A DNA stretch of 38,423 nucleotides from Cystobasidiomycetes sp. EMM_F5. Lineage: Eukaryota. Below, piece by piece: positions 11,398 through 23,977 of this stretch. Numbering within the stretch: the first letter of the stretch is position 1; every line of letters begins with the position of its first letter. The notes under the pieces are model-generated. The model saw only the letters and a program-made list of their open reading frames with translations, had not been told where the DNA came from and ran no database searches. Location: contig JBPGPT010000045.1 in NCBI GenBank assembly GCA_051047955.1, positions 62,001-100,423 on the forward strand. The letters are read 5' to 3'. A program made the translations under genes and the position numbers.

Positions 11398-13413
11398 TCA
11401 CCTCCTGTTGCCCGATGAAGACTTCCACTTGAGAGACCCATCCGACTGCATCGAGGTCCTTCGACTGATCACCTCGGCCACCTTCTCTGTTACTCCAACC
11501 TTGCCCTTCCATTCCCTTTCAAACCACGCGTGCACCTCCTTCTCGGTTGGCGCAAACGCACTCGAGTCTGGCATGTTTCCTTGAATAACGCGCCCAATAA
11601 GGCGCTCGCTCGGCAACGCCAGGGAAGCATGCGGATACTCCTTATACGATTCCGGCGGTGAAGTTAATTCGGCCTTGGGAAAGAAGGTGTCGCGGATGTG
11701 CTGCGTCGTCACTTCCGATAATGTCGCTGGTGACCACGGTGCCGGCGCCAACTTACCATCCGCATCTGGTTTGTTCTTCTTCTCAATCAAGACATGCGTT
11801 ACACCGTTGACAAAGTCGGGTGCGATGTCTGGGTTCTGATGTTGACATCAGCTGGAAGCACGGTGAACACGCTTGAAAAGCCTTACGCAGAAGACATTGG
11901 CTAGATGCATATCGAGATCAAAGACTTGGTCGATGCTTAGACTTGCGCCGCGACGTATCCCTTCTAGAGCAACTTTGACGCTGGTAGGACTTCGTGCTTC
12001 GATCGTTTCGCGCGTCTTTTTCGCCCAAGCTGCGAGACGATTACCCGCGTCATCCGATGACAGTGTGGTCTTTTCCAATTGCTGCAGTGCTTTGGTGATC
12101 TCTTCTGCTCGAGATGGCGCAAAGCATGTGTCGATAGCAGCTCGTTTTGCATGGACCAGGTCATAGCTAGAGCTGGTAGAAGCGTCGTGATCACCCGAGA
12201 ACTCTTCTATGGCAGCATTGATGAGCGCAATGCCTTTATCAGACGTCGACGGCGCATCGGGCGCGAACTGTAAGCCGGAAAGACGCTCTTCCAACGCCGA
12301 AAGGCGATCAGAGGGAACGAAATGAGTGGCTATGCCTGCTTGATACACGCCGTACCCTTTGAGCTGGTCGCTCGTCAGACCAAGGTAGACTCCAAGCTGA
12401 CCATCGAGACGCGGCAAGAAGAAGTTTGCTCCGACATCCGGGAACAGCCCAATAGTTGTCTGCTTGACGTTATCGGCCATGTTCAGCTGTGAGTTGCGCA
12501 AGTAAGATATAATAATAACGCACCTCCGGCATCGCGAATACAGTCTTCTCGGTTGCTATCCTGAATGCCGCGTGTACAGACAGCCCGACGCCACCTCCCA
12601 CTTGTCAAGGAACAGATTGTATCAACATCAGAGTAAGAAAGCGAAACGGACATCACTCACTTGTAACACCGTCCATGAAGGTGATTACCGGCTTCTTCAT
12701 GTGTGCGATAAAGCGATCTAGCTCGTACTCTTGTTTAAAGAAGTCTGTGGCAGCTGAGCGAGTCTTGGGATCTCTCGCTGCTTTCACAATACCTGTACTA
12801 ACGAATGAGCGTAGATTTCATGGACAAGCCTAAGCGTCAACTTACAAACAACATCTCCACCCGCACAAAACGCTCGCCCTTCGCCTTTCAGGATGATTAT
12901 ATCGCACGTTTTTGATCTCTCCCAATTCTGATTTGGGGATACCCGTCGTCAATAATTCAGTCAACTTCATCAGACACTTCTGCATTACCTCCAACAAAGG
13001 CTTCATCAAGTTTATCATTTCTCCGTTTAGCGCATTCAATGCTTTCGGCCTGTTCAATTTCAAAGTCCGAATGCCGAGGTTGCTCGTATGCACGACAGGA
13101 GGCTAAGACCAGTATTACATCAGCGGGTAAATCCTACAATGCTCGTTGCTGTTCTCACTTCATTTCCAAACCCTTGTACATTACTGGGCGTAGTAGCCGA
13201 TGTCCGAGGGGAGGTCGAGATATGGCGGCTCAGCATTTGCACACGCTGCGACGGGCCAGGACTGCTTTCGCTTCCTGTGCGCGACTTGCTGGACATGGTG
13301 GAATATCTGGACGGATGTTGGGAGTATACGACAGCTGCTGCAGTAACAGCCAGCGATTGACGGGCAGGAGCAGCGCAGCGAGCTAGGCGAGAGGTTGCTC
13401 GCCGTTGCAGCAT
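11398..13413 (-). CDS. EHD3: 3-hydroxyisobutyryl-CoA hydrolase, mitochondrial (enoyl-CoA hydratase family)
   Basis: Arg-rich presequence [12 protein letters not shown], then [70 protein letters not shown] and DFVNGV. Confidence 0.92.
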
Positions 13414-13582
13414 CAGAGATGTCAGGCAATTCAAATAGTGGGTGGAAAAGCAAGAGCTTGACGTCGTATTCGATCAGCGATATCCTAGACATTATCCAGC
13501 CAAGTTGATGTGGACTGCCTGTGTTCAATTCTGGTGAAATATTAGTTAAAATACTGCTCGTATCTGCGTTTATGAGCTCAGC

Positions 13583-15219
13583 ATGAACGAAGCCCCAGCG
13601 AGCAGCTCCAGCCTGCCGAGCGAAATATGCTCGGGGCTCGACTGCAGCAAACCAGCTGGCAGTCTAGCTTGCCCGACCTGCATCAAGCTGGGCATAAAGA
13701 CGTCCAAGTTCTGCGACCAAGATTGCTTCAAACGGAATTGGGCGACGCACAAGGCCGTTCATGTTGGGCCGAAAATCGTCAATGGCGTCGAAAGTAGGCT
13801 ATGTGTTGCAAAGCATTTATATATATACAAGCTGACGTATCTCGTTATGATCAGCTTACGACCCATTCCCGCAACGCGTCTACACGGGTAGTCTGCGCGC
13901 ATGCTACCAGAAAAACAAGCTATATGTATGTCATTTTGCTCACTTGTGTCGGAAATCATCAGGATTATCAAGCTGAACACGGTGCGCTGAACAGAATCCT
14001 CGCGACCCGTCACAACGTCGCCATGTTCCTCTGAGCATTCGCAGGCCAAATTACGCAGATGACAGTAAGGCCCGTTCCTGAACAAGCAGTATAAGTAACC
14101 TGAACAATCTCGTAGTAAACGGCGATCCAAAGTATCCTGGTCTCAGAGAACGCAAACCACGAGAACTCAACGCCGAAGAAATAGATGGGATGCGAGAAGC
14201 CTGTAGAGTGAGCAGAGAAGTACTAGATCACGCGGCGTCGTTCATCAAGCCAGGCATCACGACCGATGAACTGGGTAAATTAGTCAACGTCTAAGCTTCA
14301 GTGAGCATGACTGACTCACGCAACTGCAGATCGCATTGTGCATCAAGCTACGATTGACAGAGGCGCTTATCCTTCTCCACTCAACTACCGCAATTTCCCA
14401 CGTTCCTTCTGTTCAAGCGTCAACGAGGTCATCTGCCATGGCATTCCGGATCTCCGTCCGCTCGAGGAGGGTGATATAGTCAATCTTGACGTTTCGTGTT
14501 ATTACAAAGGGTAAAAAACCAACTCGGCAAGCAAGCGTTTGCAACTAAATTCATCATCGCAGATTCCATGGCGATCTGAATGCAACGTATCCTGTGGGCA
14601 AGATAGATGCTGACTCAGAGTAAGTGAAGGCGAAAGTCAGGTCATCAAGGTAATCCATACTCACAGCCTTCTCCGTCAGACGACTCATCCGCACTGCGCG
14701 AGCGTGTCTTGATGCTGCGATAGCGATAGCGAAACCAGGCACTCTGTACAGAGATTTCGGAGCAGTCATCGAAAAAGTCGCGACAGACAACAACTGTACC
14801 GTCAACCGGACGTACTGCGGACACGGCATCAATCAGCTCTTTCACCCGGCACCAAGCGTGCCACACTATGCCAAGAACAAAGCACCCCATTTCCTCAAAC
14901 CAGGCCATACGTTTACTATCGAGCCGATGATCTGCCTGGGTTCCCCGCAGGAAACCCACTGGCCAGACAACGTGAGTCTGTGTTACAATTGAGCAGTAAT
15001 AACTGGGCTAATACTTTTCAACACAAGTGGACTGCTGTGACGATTGATGGGAAGCGTTCTGCGCAATTCGAAGAGACATTGCTGGTGACTGAAACGGGCA
15101 TTGAAATACTGACAGCTGCAAGACCGCTCAAAGCAGATGCGAATGGCTCAGAAACGGCAATCAGTGGTCTCACGGACCAAGTCGCAGAAGCTAGCATATC
15201 AGGATCCAAGTCGTCATAG
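13583..15219 (+). CDS. MAP1: Methionine aminopeptidase 1 with N-terminal C6H2 zinc finger
   Basis: CSGLDC...CPTC...[63 protein letters not shown] and [11 protein letters not shown]. Confidence 0.95.
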
Positions 15220-15445
15220 TAAATTGCATCTGAAACCCTAAAAATTCGCAAGCTCGTAAATGAGTGTGGGATACATTCGTTTCCGCCCTGAAAGACGCTC
15301 AACCCCTATCGTATCGTTTCTGCCGCTTGCAAAACCGCGGCTTTCGTCTACATTCATCCTGTCATTGCCGCCCATCCTTTACTGAATATCAATTCTGCTA
15401 CTAAACCCGATCCCTGAGCCTGCGACCCGCGGACATTGTTGTGAT

Positions 15446-17405
15446 TCACAGTGCGCGGCCATAAGTATCGGCGAAAGCCAATTGAGAGGCCGGCGAGGCA
15501 GAGCGGTGAAGATCCGCAGTGCTTGATGCCATTGAAGGCGGGTCGTATGTGTCCTTCTCTGACATGATCTGGCTCTCGGCTGAAGTCTGTATAACCTGAT
15601 CGATCTGAATCTGGTGCACGACAGAAGGCGACACGGGGAAGGCATGCTTCTCGAGGCCGGTAACAAACACTGTGCCGGTCTCGAAGCCGGTATTGCCACG
15701 AGCACCGTTGAAGAGCAGCTTCTTCGCGTCGAAGGTAGATGCATCGGATGCTTCCCGGGAGTGCGTGTAGTCGCTCGATGCCGGGGCAGCAGGGCGAACA
15801 GCGTTACCAGCCATATCTCTTCCACGGAATGCTCGGTACTGTGCATTGAACAAGATTAGTTTACGTTGTTTCAGACAAAGCAGCAAAGCCTACCAAGATC
15901 AGCGCGACTGTAGGTGTCGACTGGGCGTAGTACGCAATCATGACGATCAAAAGTGCGAGAGCAAGCAAATTCGGGTCTGTGTGGACCTCCCAGCCTTTGA
16001 TGCAATCGAAGAGCAGCATGCCGAAGCACAGAACCAGGAGGACGGCAGCGCCACCAAACTGGAAGCACAAGTTGTAGTGCTCGAAGCGGGCTTGGCGCAA
16101 AGCTTGCATGACGAATGGGTCAGAGCTCTTCGCATGGGCATTACCGAGTTCGAAGGTGCCGCTGTCCTCCAGACTGTTTGTTTGCTGCTGACCGGCCAAG
16201 GCAAGGCGCGTCTTCGTGACAGCGCGCACAGCAAAGAAGGCAATAATGGCCAGGATAACTGCGATTCCAACAAATGCAGACCTTTACGCAAGAGGACTTT
16301 TGAGCCGAAAGACAGCAGACAGTGCAGCGGAAGAGGAGCTTACCATACGCCATAGACTGGTCGCCATTTGGAGGCAGAGTCCGCATCGAGGGCTTTGATT
16401 TTGGCGAAAGCTTGCAACATCGCAACCTGGTCAGCTTGCGAGACACCTGTGCTTGCGTAAGCTGCAGCGTTCTGGAGCAACATGCTGTGTACGACGACTG
16501 TGGAAGATCAGATCAGTAATCTTGCAAAATCGCAACCACAAGGTGGGGCGACCTACGTCCATATTCCTCTAGTGTCTTGACAGAATTGAGGAGCCGAGAA
16601 GCAGGAATAGACACAGCAACCACCAGACCCAGTGGAGCAGCGAAAATAAACCCGTTCAAAAGCCAGCATGGGAGAAACGCAAGAGGCGGCTGCTTGGAAG
16701 CAGCATTTCCGTCTTGCACACCCCGGCGGGCGGTTGCCAAAGGAGACGGTGCGACGAGGATACCGTACAAGACGCCCAGCGAAGTCATCAGAAGTCCAAC
16801 GTAAGGAGCTGAAATTACGATTTATTTCAGATGGAGAATAGGCTCGCCAACGACGTCTGCTCACCCATCCACATCATGGTGGCCCAGCCGAGGTCCATGT
16901 ACGCATGTCCCGGTTGGTCGTAATATGTAATGTGGAGACCAGGATAGATCATAAAGACCAGGCAGGTGACAATGTTGCAGACCAAGAAGATGTTGATACT
17001 ATTGAGCGTGATGTATTTCCCGCCGCTCTTGTGCTCGCGCAACTTGTAGAAAGATAGACCTTCCTGCCGACTTCTGATGTACAGTGTGGCGAAGGTTGCC
17101 AGCAGATTACTGGTGCACAAAGATTATGAAAGTGAGCTGTAGGCGAGTGTCAAGGTGGGAGTGCAACAAACAAGGCAGCGACAGCAATAACGAGGATAAA
17201 GATTGGTTTCGACCATGGAATTACACCTAATAGCTTTCGGTCAGCCGTGCTTCACGCGTTCTGCAGCCGCCCTGAACGCACCTGGATACGAAGCTTTCCA
17301 GAGAGCAACGGCATAGCCAGCAAACGGGTTGACGCCAGCTGGTACTTGCGCAAAGATTGCCTGAAGCTGCGGCAGCAGGCCAGACACGGTTGTTGCTGCC
17401 GACAT
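15446..17405 (-). CDS. Hypothetical multi-pass membrane protein with long cytoplasmic C-tail
   Basis: The spliced reading MSAATTVSGLL...VPAGVNPFAG...IPWSKPIFILVIAVAAL is followed by several hydrophobic exons (16827-17120, 16513-16788, 16216-16290, 15861-16060) and a polar tail ending at TGA 15446. Confidence 0.65.
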
Positions 17406-18780
17406 GGCGAAAGCAGCTTCTTCGAAATCGAAAGTGGGGGTCCAAGGCGACGATGTCGAGAGCTCCCAAGCCGGACAAGCGTTTATGTGGAAGAAGCGAA
17501 AGTGAGTATATGTGGGAGGAGCAGAGCAAGAACCGCGTCGTCCAAAAGCTCTCTACAAAGTCGCGTCCAGCTGGTCGCTATCGGCCAGGCTTTTCGAAAT
17601 CACCCCTCTCTACCACGGACGAGGTTAAATTGGTCGGGAGCCCTCGCTCGGGATGATCGAGAAAGTCCCCCAGGCCCTGATCAGCTACGCGTCCTCGACG
17701 GTGGTGCCTGAATGCGACGAGGACACCATCTCGCGACTGGCTGCAGTGTGCGTACGAGGGCTGACGATGTGAATCTGCTTGCAACTACCTGTTTGACATT
17801 CAGCTCTATCCCAATCAGCCTCTCGAATTGGGTTGCAATTGCCGGTGTCAGTCAGCCTCGTTTGCGTTCCGGCCAGCTGGTCAGCTCTGCCTCTTTCCAA
17901 CGCGTCAATGCCAGCATCAGTGAGATCTGAGGGATCCGACAGATGCACAAGTGTCACTTTCGGGCGGCTTTCTTCATGTCAACATCGTGCGAGGAGTTGG
18001 TGATAATACTGCCGTCGAAGAAGACTGACCTGACCTCGCTGACTACCAATGAACATATCACATTCGTTTCAAGACTGACCTTCAGCACATTATGCATCGC
18101 TGACTGCCACAAAGACAAGCTGCGTCTCGCTCTTCTACACCTCCCCTCACGCACTGACTCTCCGCTCTCTCCACGTGTGGACCGTTGCAACTGCCTTCCA
18201 CGCCTCTTTCCGAATCCTCCCGGTTCCCGTCCGGATCTTCTGCCCGACAACACTGACTCTGCCCGCTTCCCGTCGACAAGGCGAGGCGTCGCAGAGTGAA
18301 AGCTGGCTGGATGCAGAAGCGGCACTGGCAGCTGAGGATGTCAGTGACCAGCCTGGCGACACGCTGACATGGCAGACAGTTCAGACATGCTACCCGCAAG
18401 GGCATTCATTCCGATATTCGTCGTCCTCGGTGGGCAGTGCATTCCCTTACCTTTTGCTCAGAATTTGCCAGCTGATATGACCGCGATTTGTAACCAGGCT
18501 TCTCCGTAATCGCAGCAGGCGTGGCAGTCTATGTCGTCGCAAGACGGCACAGGTTGCGTCTGCCCAGATGGAGATGGCCGTCACGGCGCCCCGCTGCAAT
18601 CTCGGTAGCGCAATCGCTCAAACAGGTCCTCGAAAATGATATACCTGAAAGTCCAATCCACACCGCCAAGACAGCTCGCATGCAAGAGGTAGTCTACACT
18701 ATCCCTCTCAGCCGACCGTGGTCGCCTGCATCCAGACCCAACTCGACCATCACTCCCGTCGGACCTGGAATGGAATGTCG

Positions 18781-18872
18781 CAATCAATCAGTCAATCAAC
18801 CAGTGCAATCGCAATCAATCAATTGAATACTGACAATCAATCAACTCAATACTGACAATCAATCAACTCAAT
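18781..18872 (+). repeat. CAAT-rich tract with two exact 22-bp units AATACTGACAATCAATCAACTC
   Basis: Units start at 18826 and 18848, preceded by CAATCAATCAGTCAATC. Confidence 0.9.
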
Positions 18873-19138
18873 GAATCCACTGCTGACGACCGTCCATCGC
18901 TTACCAACAATCGCGCGTGAAACCAGCAACTCTGTAACGACCGCGCAATCATCCGATGCGCAAGCTACGCAGCTTGAAATCCTGGTTACGGATGGCTGCA
19001 GCGTCGCCTCGCGGAAACTCGTCGCTAGCCCAGACAATGCCAGGCAATTCCGCCAACATTTGGCTAGCACAGCGCAGGTGTCAGTTGAACCCACAGTCTC
19101 GATGATGACTGCCACTCACTACCTGCAATGCCCGGGCG

Positions 19139-19600
19139 CTAGCCGCTTGTGACACCCCCACAGTCGGGTCGCGAACTTGGTGTCCTGTTCACAGAATAGT
19201 GAGCGTGCGCCACGGGTATTCTGGGTATACTCACGCCGCAGAAACGATAGTTGAACATGATTGCCACCTCACCGCAATCGCAACTGGGAAAGTGCTGTGA
19301 TTTGACAGGCGCATCCACCTTCACCAGCTGAAATAGCTCGTTGGTTTGCCAGAATGTCCCAGGTTCCTCTGCAGGTTTGGTCCTGATGATTGCAATCTCG
19401 TGAGCCCGCCAGTAGATTTGTCGTGTACGACAGTCACTCGCCATTGGCACCTCAAGAAGGCTTGCCCGTCCCGCTTGCCGCATTCCCATCGACGGGTCCC
19501 ATAGAGTTCTGACTGTGGGTCATGTCGGTGAGTGTTGCCCATGACATGCATTGGACTCACGTTCGGATCACTGATGACCTGCACCCTGCCCGGAGCCAGA
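19139..19600 (-). pseudogene. Possible relic or short gene with one MuDR/WRKY-GCM1-like zinc domain
   Basis: RRWECGKRDGQAFLRCQWRVTVVHD in one frame, then LVKVDAPVKSQHFPSC (H-x3-C) in another. Confidence 0.35.
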
Positions 19601-20568
19601 CAATCGCAATCCGGAATGCATCGCTGAGAGGAGGCTCAGTGCACCATTTTGCACCTTCCAATGACGGCTACTTGCACCAACTATTGGGATAATGGTCAGC
19701 ATTAGTAACGTAACGACGTAGCTTAGTTTTCACCTCTGTGCCAAAAAGCACGGCATAGCCCCGCATCCGTTCTAGGATTGACAGGGTGGAATTTGATGTA
19801 TTCTAGGATAGATTCGGCACATATCAATACATTCAAGGGTCACACAATTAGTCAATCAGCCTGCGTACTCCCCTCTACGCCCTGCAGTACCGCTATCCAT
19901 TCGAATTCAGTCAAGTGTCGTAAAAAAGCATGTAAGCTGCCCACCATCTTGAATGGCGTTCAGAGCGTCAGACCACCCAGCAGCTAGAATGGCCAGGATG
20001 CCATTGGGCCAAGGTCAGCCCTCTGCCATCCATAACCCCCACTGCCGCCTCACTCACGCATGTTCGGCTCATCTGCTCTGTATACAATCTGCACAGCTAC
20101 CACGCGGTCTGCTTGTACCACTCAGCCCCAGTGTCTCGTATAGCAAGCGCATGCCCTTCTACCTTCCGCATCCTTGACATATCTGACGCTGACATTGCCG
20201 AGTGCTGGTACAGTGTCTGTCGTCAAGCATGAGCCGGGAGGATCTTGTGCATGCGCAAGCGCTCACCGTCATCAATCATGCGCACGACTACGCCATCCAT
20301 GATTATAATGCAACAGTACTGCTTGCTTGATTACTCGCTTGAAAGCTCCTGATACCCTCGCTGCAATTGCCCATCAGGTGTCCATTGACGTTGAACGAAT
20401 GGGGAAGCGAGGAAGATGTTCAACCATTGACCACATTCCAGTCCCCTCGTACTGACGAGGAGCCATTCACGCTTACTTCCAGTACACCTCATCCCGCTCC
20501 ACCTGTACCTCCGCCCGAAATATCACTTCTTACACCCATCATCGACGTCCGATACGCTCTTGAATGCA

Positions 20569-23500
20569 ATGCCACCTGGAGTATCTGTGCAATTACCTAT
20601 CGGAGCGCTGCTGCCGTTCCTGCAGCTTCATGCCAATCTTCCAAATGCAGCACCTCCAGTAGCACCAATCGCTCCAGTGCTACGCGGGGTTCCGCAAGCC
20701 GAACCAGAGCAGGGACAGCAAGCGGATCAGCAGCCAGCACCCCTGGTGCAACAAGTCCCACCAGTTGTTGGAGTCGGAGCAGCGGGTCAAGCTCCTAACG
20801 ATGAGACTGCGGCACAACCACACGCGGATGAAGCACAGCCCGTAGACGCCGATATGGCTGCCAGGCTGGCAAAGATTAGTGAGGCTATCCGCCGGTGTTC
20901 GTACGCTTGCGTCTGACTCTATATTGTTCTCCAAACAGCCCCAGAGTACAAACCCCTGTTTCCATATCCAAGCTTGACCAAGGTTCAAAATCTTGCTTTT
21001 GACGACGTGCGTACAGCGGCTGTCTCTCATAGTATGCGACTCAATTCTTCTTATACAGCTTATCTCGGATTCCAAACGCAACCTCATCTTGGCCGCTCCA
21101 ACGGGCACTGGCAAGACTGACGCCATCTGCATCGCCGCGATTGGAATGCTTCAACGGAATCCAAGATCACGTATGCTGATTATGGTGCCAACCCGTCAGC
21201 TTGGTCAACAAACGGCCCAGCTGATCAGCCAGCGTCTGTCGCAATGTCAGGGGCTACACTCTGTTTGTTAGTTGAAATACCGTTTTGAATCTTTACGAAT
21301 CAAAAGCCGACGATAGCTTGCAGGCGCAGTCATCGACAGCGAATCGAGCCAAGCTGCCAAGGATGTCATGAAAAACGCTAGCGTCATGTAAGTCTTCTTT
21401 CGGAAGGCCACATCGTCGTCGCTAACTCTCGGTCAGCGTGACTAACCCAGAGAAATGGCAACACATCACCGCTAGCTTGGCAGACGCTGAGCTGAACGAA
21501 TGGATCTGCATGTTTGATCAGCTAATGTGGGTGTGTATGGTCGTGATGTCCGTTTAATCTGACCGACATCCGGCAGTTTCGACGAAGTGCATTTGATTGG
21601 AGAGCGAGAGAGAGGCCCAGCAACAGAACACGTCGTATTCCGTATGAAGCATCTCAATCCTCCAATGCGCGTAATCGCACTCAGCGCTACGATACCAAAC
21701 CCAGAAGATATCGCAACATGGTTAGGACACGACCTCTCCTTGGACGATGCACGCGTAGCAAAGGTCAGTGGGTCGAATGCACTGCTCATTGTGATCCTTC
21801 GCTGATGGCCAGAGAGCAGCACCTGGCATTCAATGACGAATATCGGGCAACGCCATTACTCAAGTGTGTTGGCCGAACATTCCGGGTGTTGCGATTGTGA
21901 TGGCTAAAGGCCGCATTCAGAATGGTTTGGCCCGTATATATCTCTCCAGCGGATGATCTGAGCTGGTACAAACGTCACCAGCGAATTATCAAGGCGTGAG
22001 CGCAAAGACCCTATTTCGATCGTACCATGCCTAACGTCGCTTCGCAGAGTCCCTCAGGTACTGCTGACTCAACCCGTCCGTCGAGATCCGCAAGGTGGTG
22101 TGCTCATTCTCGTGTCGCGCAAGGCCGACTTTGAGAGATACATGGACAGGTTGGTCGAAGGTACGCCGGCTCCGCATTGCAATCGTGATGATTGCCTAAC
22201 TTGGCGCTACAGGTCTACAAGAGGATGAAGTCAAGAATGGAAGACCGATGTTCCGCAGACCAGAGCCCGCTGAATTGATCCTCATTCAAGACGAATTGCT
22301 GAAGAGTGAGCACCAAACGCATCCACCACCACGGCATTGCGCAGCTCACTTTAGCGCATAGCCTCTCTCCTGAAAGGGTTCGGCATTCACCATGCGGATC
22401 TGCCAAAGGGCGACAAATCCCAGGTCATTCGCCTTTTCGAGGAGAAGAAAATCGAACTGATGCTATGCACCACAACATTAACTACCGGCGTAAGCAACTG
22501 CACGTCCTCTTTATTGAAACAAACTCACACTTCGGTAGATTAATCTGGGATTGAGGCTGGTCATTCTGCCGGATCCGGTAGACTGGGTCGTGAGTGTCTA
22601 CTCATGCCTACGTACGCCGCTTACATCTCCTCGCGTGACAGCTAACGCGTAGAGCAGACAAGACCGTTTCGACACCCGAGCCAATGAGTCTGCTTCGTCT
22701 GAATCAAGCAGCTGGCCGCGCTGGTCGCCTAGGTCACGCCAAAGAGGGCACAGTAGTCCTACTTTGTCCTGAGGATCAGCGACGACACTACGAAGACAGC
22801 TTTGTGCTGGGTAACACAGCGCTCGAGCCGCTGATCAGCGGGGTTAATGGCTCAATTGCCAGAGCACTCTTGAGTGAAGTCGTCCATAATTATGTCAAGA
22901 CCCAGAGCGACCTAGAGAAGGCTTTTGCGCGATTCTTTTGGGGCAGTACCGTTAAAACGTACGGCGCAAAGAAAAGACCACAACAAAATCCACAGGCTCT
23001 GACCCTAGCGAATTTCGCGGCCGATGAAGATTTGGATGCTCTCTCAGGTGTCAAAATCGTTCCAGAAGGGATGGCTGACAATCTTTACAATGCGCGTGCA
23101 GGAGCTACGCTAGTCTCGGCGACTCTGTCACGGGGGCGGTGGATTAAAGCTGCAAAGGACGGAAATAACGTCAGACTGATGCCCACAAGTCGAGCCAAGC
23201 TTCTTATCAAGCACAAGGTCGCCCTCAAAGCTTCAAACTTGTATCTAACCGGGCCAGAGTTGGCTGCGACGCCTACAGTTGAAGCCATGCATACCAAAAT
23301 AGTCAGTCAGTCAATCAAGGTGGTGCTGACAAGCAGCTGATGACCATGCAGAAAGCCGCAATGATGAGATGGGTGCAAGCCATGCCCATTTCCGAAGACC
23401 AGCAGGCGGAAACAAGCGCCATGTGGGGAAGGCCTGGTTTTGCATCAAACTTGGAACCGATGCATCAACACGACTGTATGAGCTATGGTCGCTGTACGCA

Positions 23501-23721
23501 GGTTGCAAACTACGAATCTGATGTCAGAATACTGATATACATCATACGCAGATTTGGCTGAACTTGCTAGTTTGTATTGTCGTCCGCACGAAGCAGCCGT
23601 CAAGCAATTGGTCGACTTGTAAGTGGAGTAGTGGCATGGCTACAGCACACTGACCGCTGTACTCTAGAGTCAACGAATACGGGTGTGCAGAAGGTGTAGC
23701 CGGAAAATGCTACGACTGTAA
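20569..23721 (+). CDS. Divergent Ski2-like DExH helicase (Mer3/HFM1/Brr2-type)
   Basis: FPYPSLTKVQ (Q), APTGTGKT (I), VPTRQL (Ia), TNPEKW (Ib), DEVHLIG (II), ALSATIPNPEDIATWL (III), RATPL, GIHHADL, CTTTLTTGINL (V) and QAAGRAGR (VI). Many short introns; the 3' end is approximate. Confidence 0.85.
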
Positions 23722-23977
23722 CGTAGCAGGCGGACCAGAGGACATGAGCATCGAAGCGGACTAAAGATTGGTCCCTGGGCATCTGATAGAGTTATTTTCT
23801 GAGCGACTAGCGCTGTCAAAAACGTGTACCATTAGATTACAAGCACGTCCACACCTCGCTTCTTTTTGCCACCGTCCACCGAGCGTTGTCCAAATGGACG
23901 TCGGTCAAGATCTTTGCTTTGTACCAACGTCGGCAGCTACAACCTCACAACTCAACCTCAATACCCAGTCAATCATC

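Noticed and set aside
17247..18826. One + frame open from 17247 to 18299 apart from two TGA codons, plus a possible single-TM exon at about 18500-18780
   Set aside because: No recognisable protein motif or consistent exon chain. I cannot distinguish a pseudogene from chance.
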